From: Somniosus microcephalus
Lineage: Eukaryota
NCBI GenBank assembly: GCA_052327205.1
Contig: CM126225.1
Coordinates: forward strand, 6,572,001-6,636,000
Length of the DNA: 64,000 nt
Reading direction: 5' to 3'
Below the pieces are notes generated by a model, which did not search any database, was not told the DNA's origin, and saw only the letters and a list, made by a program, of their open reading frames with translations. Shown one piece after another: positions 1 through 11,075 of this stretch. The first letter of the stretch is position 1. The number at the start of each line of letters is the position of its first letter. The position numbers and the translations under genes were made by a program.

Positions 1-3000
1 CGCATTTCAACACAAAGGAATGGGAAAAACATGGAAAATTTGGCACCAGAAATACTAGCTTCTCGGCGATCTGAAGCTTTCATTGAAAAAACCCCCCAAT
101 AATAACAATCAAAAATCATCATCACTATTAAAACAGATCTATATACCATTGGAGCCTTCAAGTGAATTGCGCCTCAAAATTTGTTTCGTTTTGTATTATC
201 AGTGAAAGGTCAGAGGTTAGAGTTATTGCATTTTCACTTTTCTAATAGCCAGTCTGGGAGCAGGGAGCAGCAGCAATATAATTTATTACCTTGTCTTTAC
301 TGGAGCTAATTTGATCGTTTGTTGAGAGGCGTTGAAACGCTATGAGTTGCAAAGTCAGGAACACTACATACCTACCTACAATGCTGATCGTTCAATTATA
401 TATTCTTTTCTTTAAGAAAATATGTGCATTTATATTGAACATGTAAACTCACATTAACTGCGATTTTACTTATCTGGGCTATCTTTGTCAATGTTTACAA
501 ATTTTAATTTACAAAAGATTACCAACGAAATAAGGCCTGTTTGTAGCATGGTATTTGTGACCTTATCGTGTGTATTTGATCCATTCTGAACATTAATTTT
601 CCATTAAATGCTTTTTACAATCTTGTCCTTCTATGTATGAACAAATTATGTATGATTACGCCATCGGGGCCATTTTTAAAGGGCTATTTGTTTATACATT
701 GTAGCGGTGTGTACTTTTTTGTGGTTCTTATCACCGTTCAAATATTAGGAAATATAAACGTGATTTCACCCTCGCCCACTCTTCTGCACGGTGCCCAGAT
801 ATGTTATGGTAGAGTTCTCAAGGAAAAAAAGGTCGTAATTTTTCATCAATTTGAAATAGCCATGCACGGCCCAGCAAAATATATTAACAGGGAGAAGGGA
901 CATGATTTATTATGAGGAGTATAATTACCTGTACATTAAATAGCCATCTTATGAGAGCAACGGTTACTCTCGAGTGTACGTAGGGTTGTTTCCTTACAAC
1001 CCGTAATGCATTATCATCCCGTTAAAAGGATTTTATTTAAAGTGTATCTGCCCAGTTTGAAGGATATCAACGCCAATGAACGATGTAAATAAGGGAGAGA
1101 GCAAAGCAATTCTGAAATGAAACACTACAAATAAATCTTAGACTCGTTCACAAAGTTAATTCTGTCAGCTGATGGATCGAGAGAGCGAGAGAAATATTAC
1201 GGTGAAAAGAGTCCAGAAATCACAAAACTTGAGCAATTTCCCTTCGTGTTTGCATAATGTTGTTGCTCTTTCATGTAGTGGAATGTGATCTGTAGGAGAG
1301 AAAAATTAGTAGATAATTTGATACACATTTCAACATGAACTGAAAGGAATAATATACAAAATATTGTTCAATACAACGGCGCGGTTTCGTTCAGTAGTAC
1401 GGTGTCATCAGCGTCTTTCCAGTTTTAAAATATATTAACCCCAGTCTTTATGTTTTGCTTTCTATAGAAGTCAGTGAACCGCTCGTTAAAGAGAGGCGAA
1501 GGAACAAAGCCTTTAGGAGGGGCTTTTCGCTGGGTGAATCGGCAAGGCATTGTCAGGGTTGTTTTTAAAGCACAGTTACCGTATTTAAAGAAGGGGCTGT
1601 AAATTCTACGGATAGAACAAACAGCCTTTAAGCCTTAACATTTTCATAATATAAGAGCGTATTTCGCCTTTCCGTGGCATAAATTATTTCTGAAAAAATT
1701 ACATATTGCTATAAGCGCCTCTGAACGAACGCAGTGCTACTGAGAATGATTCATGTGTGTTGAGGGCATCGAGTCACATTATTTTTCCATTTTGGTGCTG
1801 GGAGTTATCAATTAATAAAGCCTCAATTGAATCCAGGGTCAGACTTGCAAAGAAATTTACACATCTTTGCTATGGAAGCTAAGCAATATCCAGTTGTGTT
1901 CTAATATCGATTTGCTCCTGCCTTCCCCCTTTCTCTTTTCTCATGAGCCTTTTTTTTGGCAAATGAAGAAAATCGACATCCCGAAGGCCTGTCAATCATA
2001 GAGCAACTCTGAGTTTTCATTGTTTTTTTCTTATTTACAAGCACATAACTACTATTCAGTGAGTGAGAGAAACAGATTATGTAGCACAATTTATTAAAAG
2101 GAAATATAGACTTTGTCATTCCGTTCAATTACTGTCTAGCTTTACTTAATGTAACATATATTAATATATATATGTGACTACATGCAATATATATATATCA
2201 AATAGCGAAGGACAAAGGCAGGTACAGTATATAGTTATAATATAAAATAACAAACTCTCAATTTGTTCAATGTACTTGTGGTTAGTTCTCAGATAATATT
2301 GCCTGCCATTGACTTCTGCATCTTGTACATTAAACAATGAAATGGTTAACAAGCATTTGAGTTTTTTCATCTTTGTTGAGCTAACAGACACAAGATACAA
2401 TTGATAACTTCAACGAAGCCCTGTGTAATTATCAAAACAAACACTTAAAAACACTTCAGATAATCATAATTAAAAACGACCATTAAATATCCCTCAATAA
2501 GCAAAAGACTGCCATTCAGTTGACAGGTAATGGTATTTTCAGAGACGCGCGTGTTTCAATACTGATGTTCCTTGCCTGCTGCAACCATTAATATTTAATG
2601 CCAATCACTGAGTTATTCTAATTTTACTACATAAAGGTTTGCACTAACGATCGGTGTTAAATGTTACGCTGCTATTAATGGCTTCAACTTGACTGGCTGG
2701 CGTCCAACCGCAGAATAAAAGGAACGAGGCGTTGTGGAAGTCTGTTAGTCCTCGCTCATTTTCAAAATTGGGTTTTGCAATTCATTTCTGGTCACCCAAA
2801 GCGCCTCCTTTACTAGGTTTTTATTCCAATGAGGCGTTGTGTTTTAAAGAATTCATACAAAACTATCCATAATTGGTAATCACGGATGCTGTAATTTAAG
2901 ACCCCCAGCTATAGCTTTCATATTATCCTCTGATCTATTGCTACAAATGGCCCGCAATAATCAACTCTGGGGAGAGGATTACAACCTTCCTCATTCCTGA

Positions 3001-5685
3001 ATATCATCACTTGCACATCATTCTCAAAGAGCATGATTTATCACGCAGACGAACATAAACAACACACAACTTACACACAATGGTATCCATAGTGCAGCTG
3101 ACATATTTCGCAATAAATCAAGAAAGCAAGAAGAAAAAAAACATTCCCACAAAAAAATATCAATGAAAATGGGGAAATAAACAAACATACCACCGTGGTA
3201 AATTGAAAAATAGAAGGAAAGGCACTATTTGTCAAATGTTATGACAGTCTTGTAAAACATAAATAACACACATAATATTTACATAGAGAGACACGAGGCA
3301 CTGCAGCTGTACTTACAATAATCCAGCCCACGGTGTGTCTCTCTTCCCAAATTGTTTTATTCCAGCCTCTCTCTCAAGTTATAGGCTTGTTTTTAAAAGG
3401 ACAGTAGAATTTCACGTCAGACACAGTGAGACCATGTCGGCGATTTACCGGCGAATACATATCTATTCAGCAACAGCTGCATTAATTATTTAATGAGTCA
3501 CGTGATCGAGGGGGAAGGGGGGATTTCAAATTCATACTCCAAGGAGAAGTGTGACCTTCCACTGGGAGAGCGGAGACATTCTTTCATATTCTTCTTCATT
3601 CCACATTTTTTTTTTGGGGGGGGGGTCTCAAAATTGTATTCATATCTTGCTCGCGATTCTGCTTAAAAAGTGGGGTTCAGATGATTTCCTATAAGTCGAG
3701 AACTTAATAGAAGTGTGACTATATCAATGCATTCAGGGCTTTCCTAAGTCTCATCCTTTGAATCCTGAAACGCTTCTTCAGACTCACAACCTACATATCT
3801 ATCTTTTGTGGTGCCGAGGCAGTCTATACGATTGGAACTAGAAGCACGTTGCCACAGTAGTAGATTTCTGCTTGATTCATTTCACCACAAGTTTGCTTGT
3901 TCCTTATGTTGGATTTCCAAGTTTTATATTGTCCATTTTGCCCTTCGTCTCATTTTCTGTCGCACGGTTGGTTTTGTATTACTGTGGAGCGACTATTTTT
4001 TTTTTAACAAGGTCCCTTTTCACTTACACGCGGGCACTTTTACTCCGCCAGTTACAAAGCTAGTAATCAGTCGCTACCAGCAACATAAAGGTCACGGAAA
4101 AAATCTCGAGCAGTTAGCAGAATAGTAAGACTTTTTAAAAAGTCCAATCCAAAAATGTTTGCATTTGTGACATAAAGCGATTCGGATCAAATCTGTGTTA
4201 AGGGACAGAAAATCGCTGTTATGGTCAAGAGGGTGGGGGAAACCTGGTTATGTTTGCTCTGGTAGCAGCAATGTTTTGAAAAAAGCAATAATCTTAGTAA
4301 GGAACATGCCCCGAGAAACAATTTGACATAGTGCTGTCTAAATTCGTCGTGTTTCGATATTCTCTCTGCGGGTGCTTCCTACAGTGCAATGTAAATTGCG
4401 ATAGGTGTATTGACAATAGCACTAGAGATTATTTCGTTACAATTTTTTTTTTAATCCATCTTAAGTAGTCCATAATATTACCTGAAACTCGGCCTTTGTT
4501 CGCGCCAGAAAACACCACCGATTTCAGAAATTTATAATAATATAATTTAATAATATCCTTACCCATCTCATCCGTCATATTTATTGCTTTCGAAAATGAT
4601 GTTAGAAAAATAGAGGCGCTTAAAAAAAAAAGAAAATAAACTATGTTTGGTTATAAAAGCCACCCAAATAATTTGAAAAAGAAAAGGATTGCGGGGCGGG
4701 GACTTCTCATCTAACAAAGGCAATTTTTTTCGTTTATTTGTTTTTAATGCACATTTCGAAGATTTCTCTAAACTGCATGGTGAATTATTGCATTCACGAG
4801 TGTTTCTATTTCCCAGAGAAGCACAACGGGTGCCTTCATAAATTAGAGCTGGAGAATTTAGTAAAGGTGCGGGAACTGCGCCACAGTTTCACGCACTCTT
4901 AAAAGGACTTGTATTTCACGGTAATTGCTTCTAAAATCGTAAAAAAAAAGTGATATCTATTTTATACTCTTAGACAAGGAAGACACGGAGTAGCAATAAG
5001 GATACAACTGGGGTGCCCGTGTAAATTTTGCAATTTGACTTTGGTAATAATAAGCTAGTGTAAAAAGCCCAACACATTGTACACACGGAATTTCTCTCTC
5101 TATCCCTCCCTCCCTCTCTCTTACCGCTCCTCACTGCCCGTAAACAAACCGCATTTAAAGATTTAAAAAATCAGAATGGAATCCTATTCTTATAATGAAT
5201 ACACTAAAAAAGTTTGAATAAAAGTGCAAGGCCAGTCAATATTGAATGTTACTGAATCTTCTACAGAGAAAAGACAGACAGGCTGAGAGCAAAGTAATGG
5301 TCCATTTTTTTTCTCATTAGATGGATTTTTGGAGGCCATCCTTAGATGTGATTGCAAAGTGCAAGATATACCTAAATTCATTTCACAACCTACTCTTACC
5401 TATCGCTAAATATTAAAAAAGAGGGATTTCAACACAAACATTCAAGATTGTTTATCTTTTCTAATGCAAGTTGGAAGGGATTGCACACAAGACAAGCCTA
5501 ACAGAAGAGACACTCTTCAGCAACGCTGCACAGATTTTAAATGGAGTGAACGAGGGGTAACCCTGGTGGTTTTTTTTTATCCTTTAGTATTGAGAATGTT
5601 CAGATAGAACAGAGTCATGTCTTAAAGGTCAAGGGTTTCAGAGGTCAGACTGCTAGTATAAAAACAGCTAATCGGATAGAAAAGT

Positions 5686-5702
5686 TGTCCTTTCCGTGAA
5701 CC
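5686..5702 (-). promoter_or_regulatory. DR5 retinoic acid response element 3' of hoxb4 (early neural enhancer type)
   Basis: Minus strand reads GGTTCA-CGGAA-AGGACA, about 2.8 kb 3' of the hoxb4 stop. This matches the form and position of the conserved Hox4 3' neural RAREs. Confidence 0.8.
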
Positions 5703-6148
5703 CTTTCGGCCGTCCCGCTGACCAACCAACGCGCTGATTTTATTCCGTACGATTCATATATGTTTTAAAAAACACCACAGAAAGGTAAAGAACAAATAAC
5801 ACAAACTATAAGCAGATTCTCCAGTCGATGAACTGACTGCGCCTTCCAGGCTGCAGACAGCGAGTATGTGTTCACATTTAATTGTTAAAAGAACAACAAA
5901 GCGATTCAAAGTGACGAAATTAATTGACTTTGTTTGTTACCTTTCGTTTCACCGTTTTCCGTTTTCCAGAGCTGAACATTTTCATGATTTTTAATCATGT
6001 TTGAGAGGGAATCTTTCGATGTGACTGAGAAATTCCACGCTCTGCCCATATTTTTAAAGCACCCTCCAGGACGCGCAGCACTTTTCCCCGGGACGAGCCA
6101 TCCAGATTTGCTGTTGAGCAACAATGGGAGAAGTATTTAAAGAAAGCA

Positions 6149-6175
6149 GTGATTAATGATTTCAAGTTAATTCTC
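6149..6175 (-). promoter_or_regulatory. CR3-like Hox auto/cross-regulatory element (hoxb4/hoxb3 late neural enhancer)
   Basis: Minus strand GAGAATTAACTTGAAATCATTAATCAC has paired TAAT/ATTA cores and a TGATTAAT Pbx-Hox-type site. It resembles mouse CR3 HS1+HS2 as I recall it, in the expected position. Confidence 0.65.
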
Positions 6176-7620
6176 GCATTTTCAGAACCTCTCCTCGTAC
6201 AAATAATGCCTGTGAACTCTAGCTCTATAGCTTGCATTCAGAGCCTTTGGCAACAGTCTGGCGGAGGGTGTAGGACTGGCTGGCCTGTTATCTGTGTCTA
6301 TGAATAGAGAAAACTGAACAGCCACTGTCGGTGATTCAATGAATAATTCTTATATTATTAACTAAAGTAATTACTCCTCAAAATACTTCAGAATTATATA
6401 GCTTAACGAAAATGTTACATTTGGAAAGGTTGCATTTCAGATGGGCTCAGTTTCGTGGGATCTCCGGGGTGGGGGTTGGGGTGGGGGCTGGGGTGGGGGG
6501 GGGGGGGAGAGGACAAAACATGTATACATTGGTGAGAGAGGATTTTCTCACATAAACAACAGATTGTAAATCTTTCTGTTGTCTCCAAAGGCAAAACGTA
6601 AAAAAAATCAAACTTTTTTCGTGTGTTTCTTTTGTTACAATTGAATATGTGAATCTCTTATATACATATATAATTGGGGTTTTATGCTGAAAAACACACT
6701 CTATAAACATTCATTAGAAAAGGGCACATTGCACCGTGTTCTCATCAATGATGTTTTGCAGGTTGCGTTTAAAAGGGATATGTTTGAGGGATGGGGGTGG
6801 GGTAGGGTGGGATTACCACATCGTTCAGTTATGACTTCAAAATGCAGTTTCGCAACAGTATTTGTTAAATTGCAGGACTGAAGCAAAACACGTGCATCAG
6901 TGAACTAAAGTCTTGAGTCAGCCAATGTTTCACCCTAATGTAGAATATTGTGTTGTGCATTGATATACACTCCAGTTAGCTTTTCTTTTGGTATATGCTG
7001 CATTTTCTGATCCCAGATTGCATATGCAATGTGTTATATGAAAGAAAATTAAAATTAATACGGAGCTTCATCTGACAAAAGAGGTCATTTGTCTTCTTGA
7101 TTATCTATTTGCTTGTCAAAGCTTGAACCATTACACTGTCCAATCCCTTTCTAATACACAAACACACATGCACAAAGGAAAAATGCTAAGCGGCACTGTA
7201 TAAATGATAGAAATGGACTTAACGTTATATGATTAAAGGTTGCAAAAGAGAAAAAAGGACATGCTAACGAAGCCAAACAATCAAGGGACAACAGATAACC
7301 ATACTGGATTAACGAATCTTCACAAAAAGCATTTTTCAAAGTTATTACTCCTTTGTAATACCGTGCAATGTATCTATATTCACAAGCAGGTGTAAAAGCC
7401 TCTGACAGTGTCAGAATAAGCATTGTATTTGCTCTGAGGTGTACCCCTTTTGGCATTATTTTCCCACTAAGCCAATGTCCTTTGTTATCACCCTGGCCAA
7501 CTTACACAGATAGATGAGCTAAGAGAAATCTGCAGTCATGTTACCAGATCCTAGTGCTTCAAGGATTTGTCCAGTAGACTAGGTATAAATAAACAAAGGA
7601 AAAGATAGACCTTGAAAAAA

Positions 7621-7626
7621 TTTATT
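7621..7626 (-). terminator. Candidate hoxb4 polyadenylation signal
   Basis: AATAAA on the minus strand about 0.9 kb after the stop, followed by U-rich sequence. Other AATAAA copies lie nearer the stop. Confidence 0.4.
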
Positions 7627-8543
7627 TCGCTTATTACTATTTACACGTATTTTGGTCTGGATGAGAATCAATACATACAGAACAATGCAAGGACATAGAC
7701 TGCTAACGAAAATACAAACTCCTGTGGGCCCGAACGAAGAAGCTGCTAAACTTCATAGTTTGGAATGTCATAAAGAGTGATGAGGAAATTAAAACAGTTT
7801 ATCTACCTAAGCTTCCACTTTTTTTTTCTGGAAAAGTACATTCTGTTAACACTGAGGCCAGAGGCAAGTATTGTATCGTGGCTGTACAAGTCACATGCAA
7901 CATTTTAATAACCACTTTAAATAACTTTGCTGACATAACTTATTCCTACATATGATTTTTTTTACACGTTTGTTTTTTAAAGTCCAACTACATACATTTT
8001 TATTGGCACCGAAAGAAATATATTTGGGATCAAAACATCTGAGGAAATGGAGTACATGTCAGTGTTATATTCCAAAGAAAATACCCAAAATGTTTCTTTT
8101 TTGTAAACCCCATTGGAAAATGACTCCAAGCTTAAAACCACAAGGGCCATCTTGCCGGACTGTTTCAACATTCTTGTTGTGGGTTTGTTTTTTGTGTGAA
8201 TAAAAGACAGTTTGTCATTCCAGGTTGACGAAACGGAGCCTCATTTATTAAAGTGTTCGTTTGCTGTCGAGGTAATCGTAGGCATAGAGTTCATCCTTTG
8301 TACCACCAAGTAAACATGACAAATGGGGAGACTTTGGCGTGATTAAAGATGAAACGAGGATTCATCTTTGCCAATCTCTTCCGAAAACTGCAATCTACAA
8401 TATTACTTATGGGGGATGGGGCGAGAGGAGTGGGCGAAATCAGAGTATTTACAGTTTAGACTTTGCCATTATAAATAAACAGTCTTTCAATTAAAATCCT
8501 ATGCTTCTGCGCGCGTCTACCAGTTTCTCTCCCACAAGAGCAG

Positions 8544-8863
8544 CTATAATGTGGCCGATGGTCCATTTGGCTCCTGGTTCTGAGAGCTTCCTTGCGATTG
8601 ATGACTTGCAGAGGATGAGGAGCCTGTAGTAGACCTGATTTTGGTATTTGGCAACTTGTGGTCCTTTTTCCATTTCATTCGCCTGTTCTGGAACCATATT
8701 TTAATCTGTCGTTCTGACAGGCAGAGAGAATGGGCTATTTCCACCCTGCGTCTCCGGGTCAGGTACCGATTAAAATGGAACTCCTTCTCCAGCTCTAGAA
8801 CTTGCTGCCTCGTGTAAGCAGTGCGGGAGCGCTTGGGTTCCCCTCCTTTGTAATTAGGGTTCA
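8544..8863 (-). CDS. hoxb4: HoxB4 coding exon 2 (homeodomain); spliced protein 241 aa
   Basis: Acceptor ttcag|TG at 8864/8863. [36 protein letters not shown]...[13 protein letters not shown]; the 'RRRRVEIAH' valine is typical of HoxB4. Exons total 726 nt in frame. Confidence 0.96.
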
Positions 8864-9049
8864 CTGAACAAAAAGCAACAACACAGAAATAACTGACTGA
8901 ACACCACGAATCTCACAAGGAACAGAACTAGTGCACTTAAAGTAAGCATTCGAGTAAGAAAAATGTAAAACTTCACTTCTATCATTAACTGATGTTCAAA
9001 GAGATCTGAGCGGCTAGGACACAACACATCAAAGGCACATGGCCAGAAG

Positions 9050-9120
9050 TGTAATGGTACTGCAATAAAAATTTATGGAGGATGTGATTACTGACCTCCA
9101 GATAGGCGATCGTAAATCTA
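9050..9120. promoter_or_regulatory. HB1-like homeodomain-binding element in hoxb4 intron
   Basis: GTAATGGTACTGCAATAAAAATTTATGG...GATCGTAAATC: clustered TAAT/TTTAT/CGTAAA sites near the 5' end of the Hox4 intron, where HB1 is known. Confidence 0.7.
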
Positions 9121-9194
9121 AAGAATGGCTATTTACAATGGGTGCAATAGATCCCGGGCTTTCAGGTGGTAAAAAGCCCAGGCAAACGACTCAC

Positions 9195-9600
9195 CGGAGT
9201 TTATATGTAATTTCTTCATCCACGGATAAACCACAGGCTCTTTGGAGCAAGGAGTGTTTTGGTTGCTGAAGTTCTGGCTGCAAGAAGGCGGTGGGCTGGG
9301 AGTCACCGAGACACACTGGTGGCCATGCTTGGCTAAGTGGCTCTGCAGGTCGGTCTGCGATTGCACGGGACCCCTAGGCGCCACGACTTGCTCGCCCGAG
9401 CCCTGGAGGTTGCTGCAAGAGGAGTAGGGCTGCTCGCTGTACGCTGACCGCGGGTACATCGTCTCATGCTGGAACCCGGGCTCCCGTGCCCGGGTATAGT
9501 ATTCCGGAGAATGACTTGGTAGGTAATTGTTCTGTGAATACTCTTCACACGGTGGAAATTTAGGGTCCACATAGTTAGAGTTAATCAAAAACGAACTCAT
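9195..9600 (-). CDS. hoxb4: HoxB4 coding exon 1 (MSSFLINSNYVDPKFPPCEEYSQ...VVYPWMKKLHINS)
   Basis: Paralog-group-4 N-terminus and YPWM hexapeptide. ATG at 9600-9598; donor G|GTGAGT at 9195/9194; 406 nt, phase 1. Confidence 0.96.
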
Positions 9601-9674
9601 GACCTTTAATATCTGAAATGCAAAATAACTCAAAATTTTTTCTAACCCAGCCGTTTTTTCCTGTTCCTGAAAAC

Positions 9675-9770
9675 CCTCCTACTTTACTGTCAAGTGAACA
9701 AAGTTAGGCGTTCATGTGACACAGGCAGCCAATGGCAGGTCCCGTTCGATTCCCGGATAAGGAAATAGAA
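9675..9770 (-). promoter_or_regulatory. hoxb4 proximal promoter block
   Basis: E-box-like CATGTGAC followed by GCCAATGG (overlapping NF-Y/YY1-type site) about 115-135 nt upstream of the ATG. Confidence 0.6.
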
Positions 9771-10994
9771 TTGGACGCTGAATGCTCCCAACCTTCTCCT
9801 CTGAACAGTTTTTGATTACAGCTTTAAATGTGTGCTTTTTTTTTATTCCTGAAACTTTGCAAGTTTACAAATAGGATCTTCTTGCTTCAGGTCCGTTAAA
9901 CAGGCTTGAAGTCGACCAAATGTTTCTATATTATGTACATCAATGGTTTGTTGCTCGTCGATATCACTCCCCAAAAATTAATTGAGTCCGTTTTTAAAAA
10001 GCATAAAATAGGATCTGATATGTTAGAATCTATCGTGCCTTGTAAATCTTTCTGTAATCGCCATGCTAACGCCTTTGCAGAGCTTGGGGAGGGGGAAGGC
10101 GTTTGGGCTGGCAAAGATAAATCGGGCTGCTTCGGATCAATAGAAAATTCATCAACTAATTCAGGGCACCTAAGTCAACAAATTACATTTAGCAGTGCAT
10201 TAGACGGGCGATTTTCACCCAGAATATCCCTTGCTGAAACGATTCCGCTCGAACCAGCCCTAAAATAGGCATAATTATAAGATAGAAACATTTCACAGGT
10301 GCCAACCACACGAAGTTGCCCACGTTCGATTAAAAACATCGCAAACTGCGGAAGGAACGTTAGCACACGCTTGTCTCGTTGCTACATTGAATCGCTTTCG
10401 TTGGCTGCAATTACAAATGCAAAACATATTGCAATAGAGCTGCTACATCATTTTAGTGTTGAAATCCTCCTGTTTGTGAATTTCAGAGATTAATTAAGAG
10501 TATCACACAAATAACTGTTAAGTTTTATTTTAAATGATACATGTAAAACCGAGGAAAAAAGACACAAATAACTGGAATTAAATAATTGAAGATGATCATA
10601 TACTTTTAATGTATTTAGACTGTAATTCCATGCACAGCAAACGACATGTGTGGGTGGGGGGGGGGGGGGTCGAAATGATTAATTTCTAAGTCATAACAAA
10701 CCCTTTAAATCTGACCATTTCTAAACGGAGGAATGCGCGGGATTATCGAAAAAGGTAACAGTTACATTCCATATTTAAATGACGTAACAAATCCAGCACC
10801 AGAGTGCTGAGAGTACTTGCAACAAGACAAAAAAGGGGAAAGGATAACACGCCATTACAGGCAGCAATCTCACCCGCAGAACCAGGTAGATGCTTCGATT
10901 TTATTTATTTAGATATATCATCGATTTGTAGAAAGAAGATTCTAGACGTGAGCATATTCTTCTGTCTTCCGGGTGACTGTTGCAGCGTTTGTGT

Positions 10995-11075
10995 CCACTA
11001 CATACTCCCCTAGATACGAATTTGTGACCACAGCTTTGTCAACACAAATTCGGATCTACAGGGTATATATAGAGG
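10995..11075 (-). ncRNA. mir10a: microRNA mir-10a precursor
   Basis: Mature 5p UACCCUGUAGAUCCGAAUUUGUG at 11065-11043 and 3p arm CAAAUUCGUAUCUAGGGGAGUA at 11024-11003 form a hairpin. Canonical position between Hox4 and Hox5. Precursor ends approximate. Confidence 0.97.

Noticed and set aside
9133-9633. ORF-track extensions of Hox exons (e.g. MSYFAFQILKV before HoxB4; read-through past donors)
   Set aside because: They arise from non-ATG starts and intron read-through. The true boundaries are given by the conserved ATGs and splice sites.
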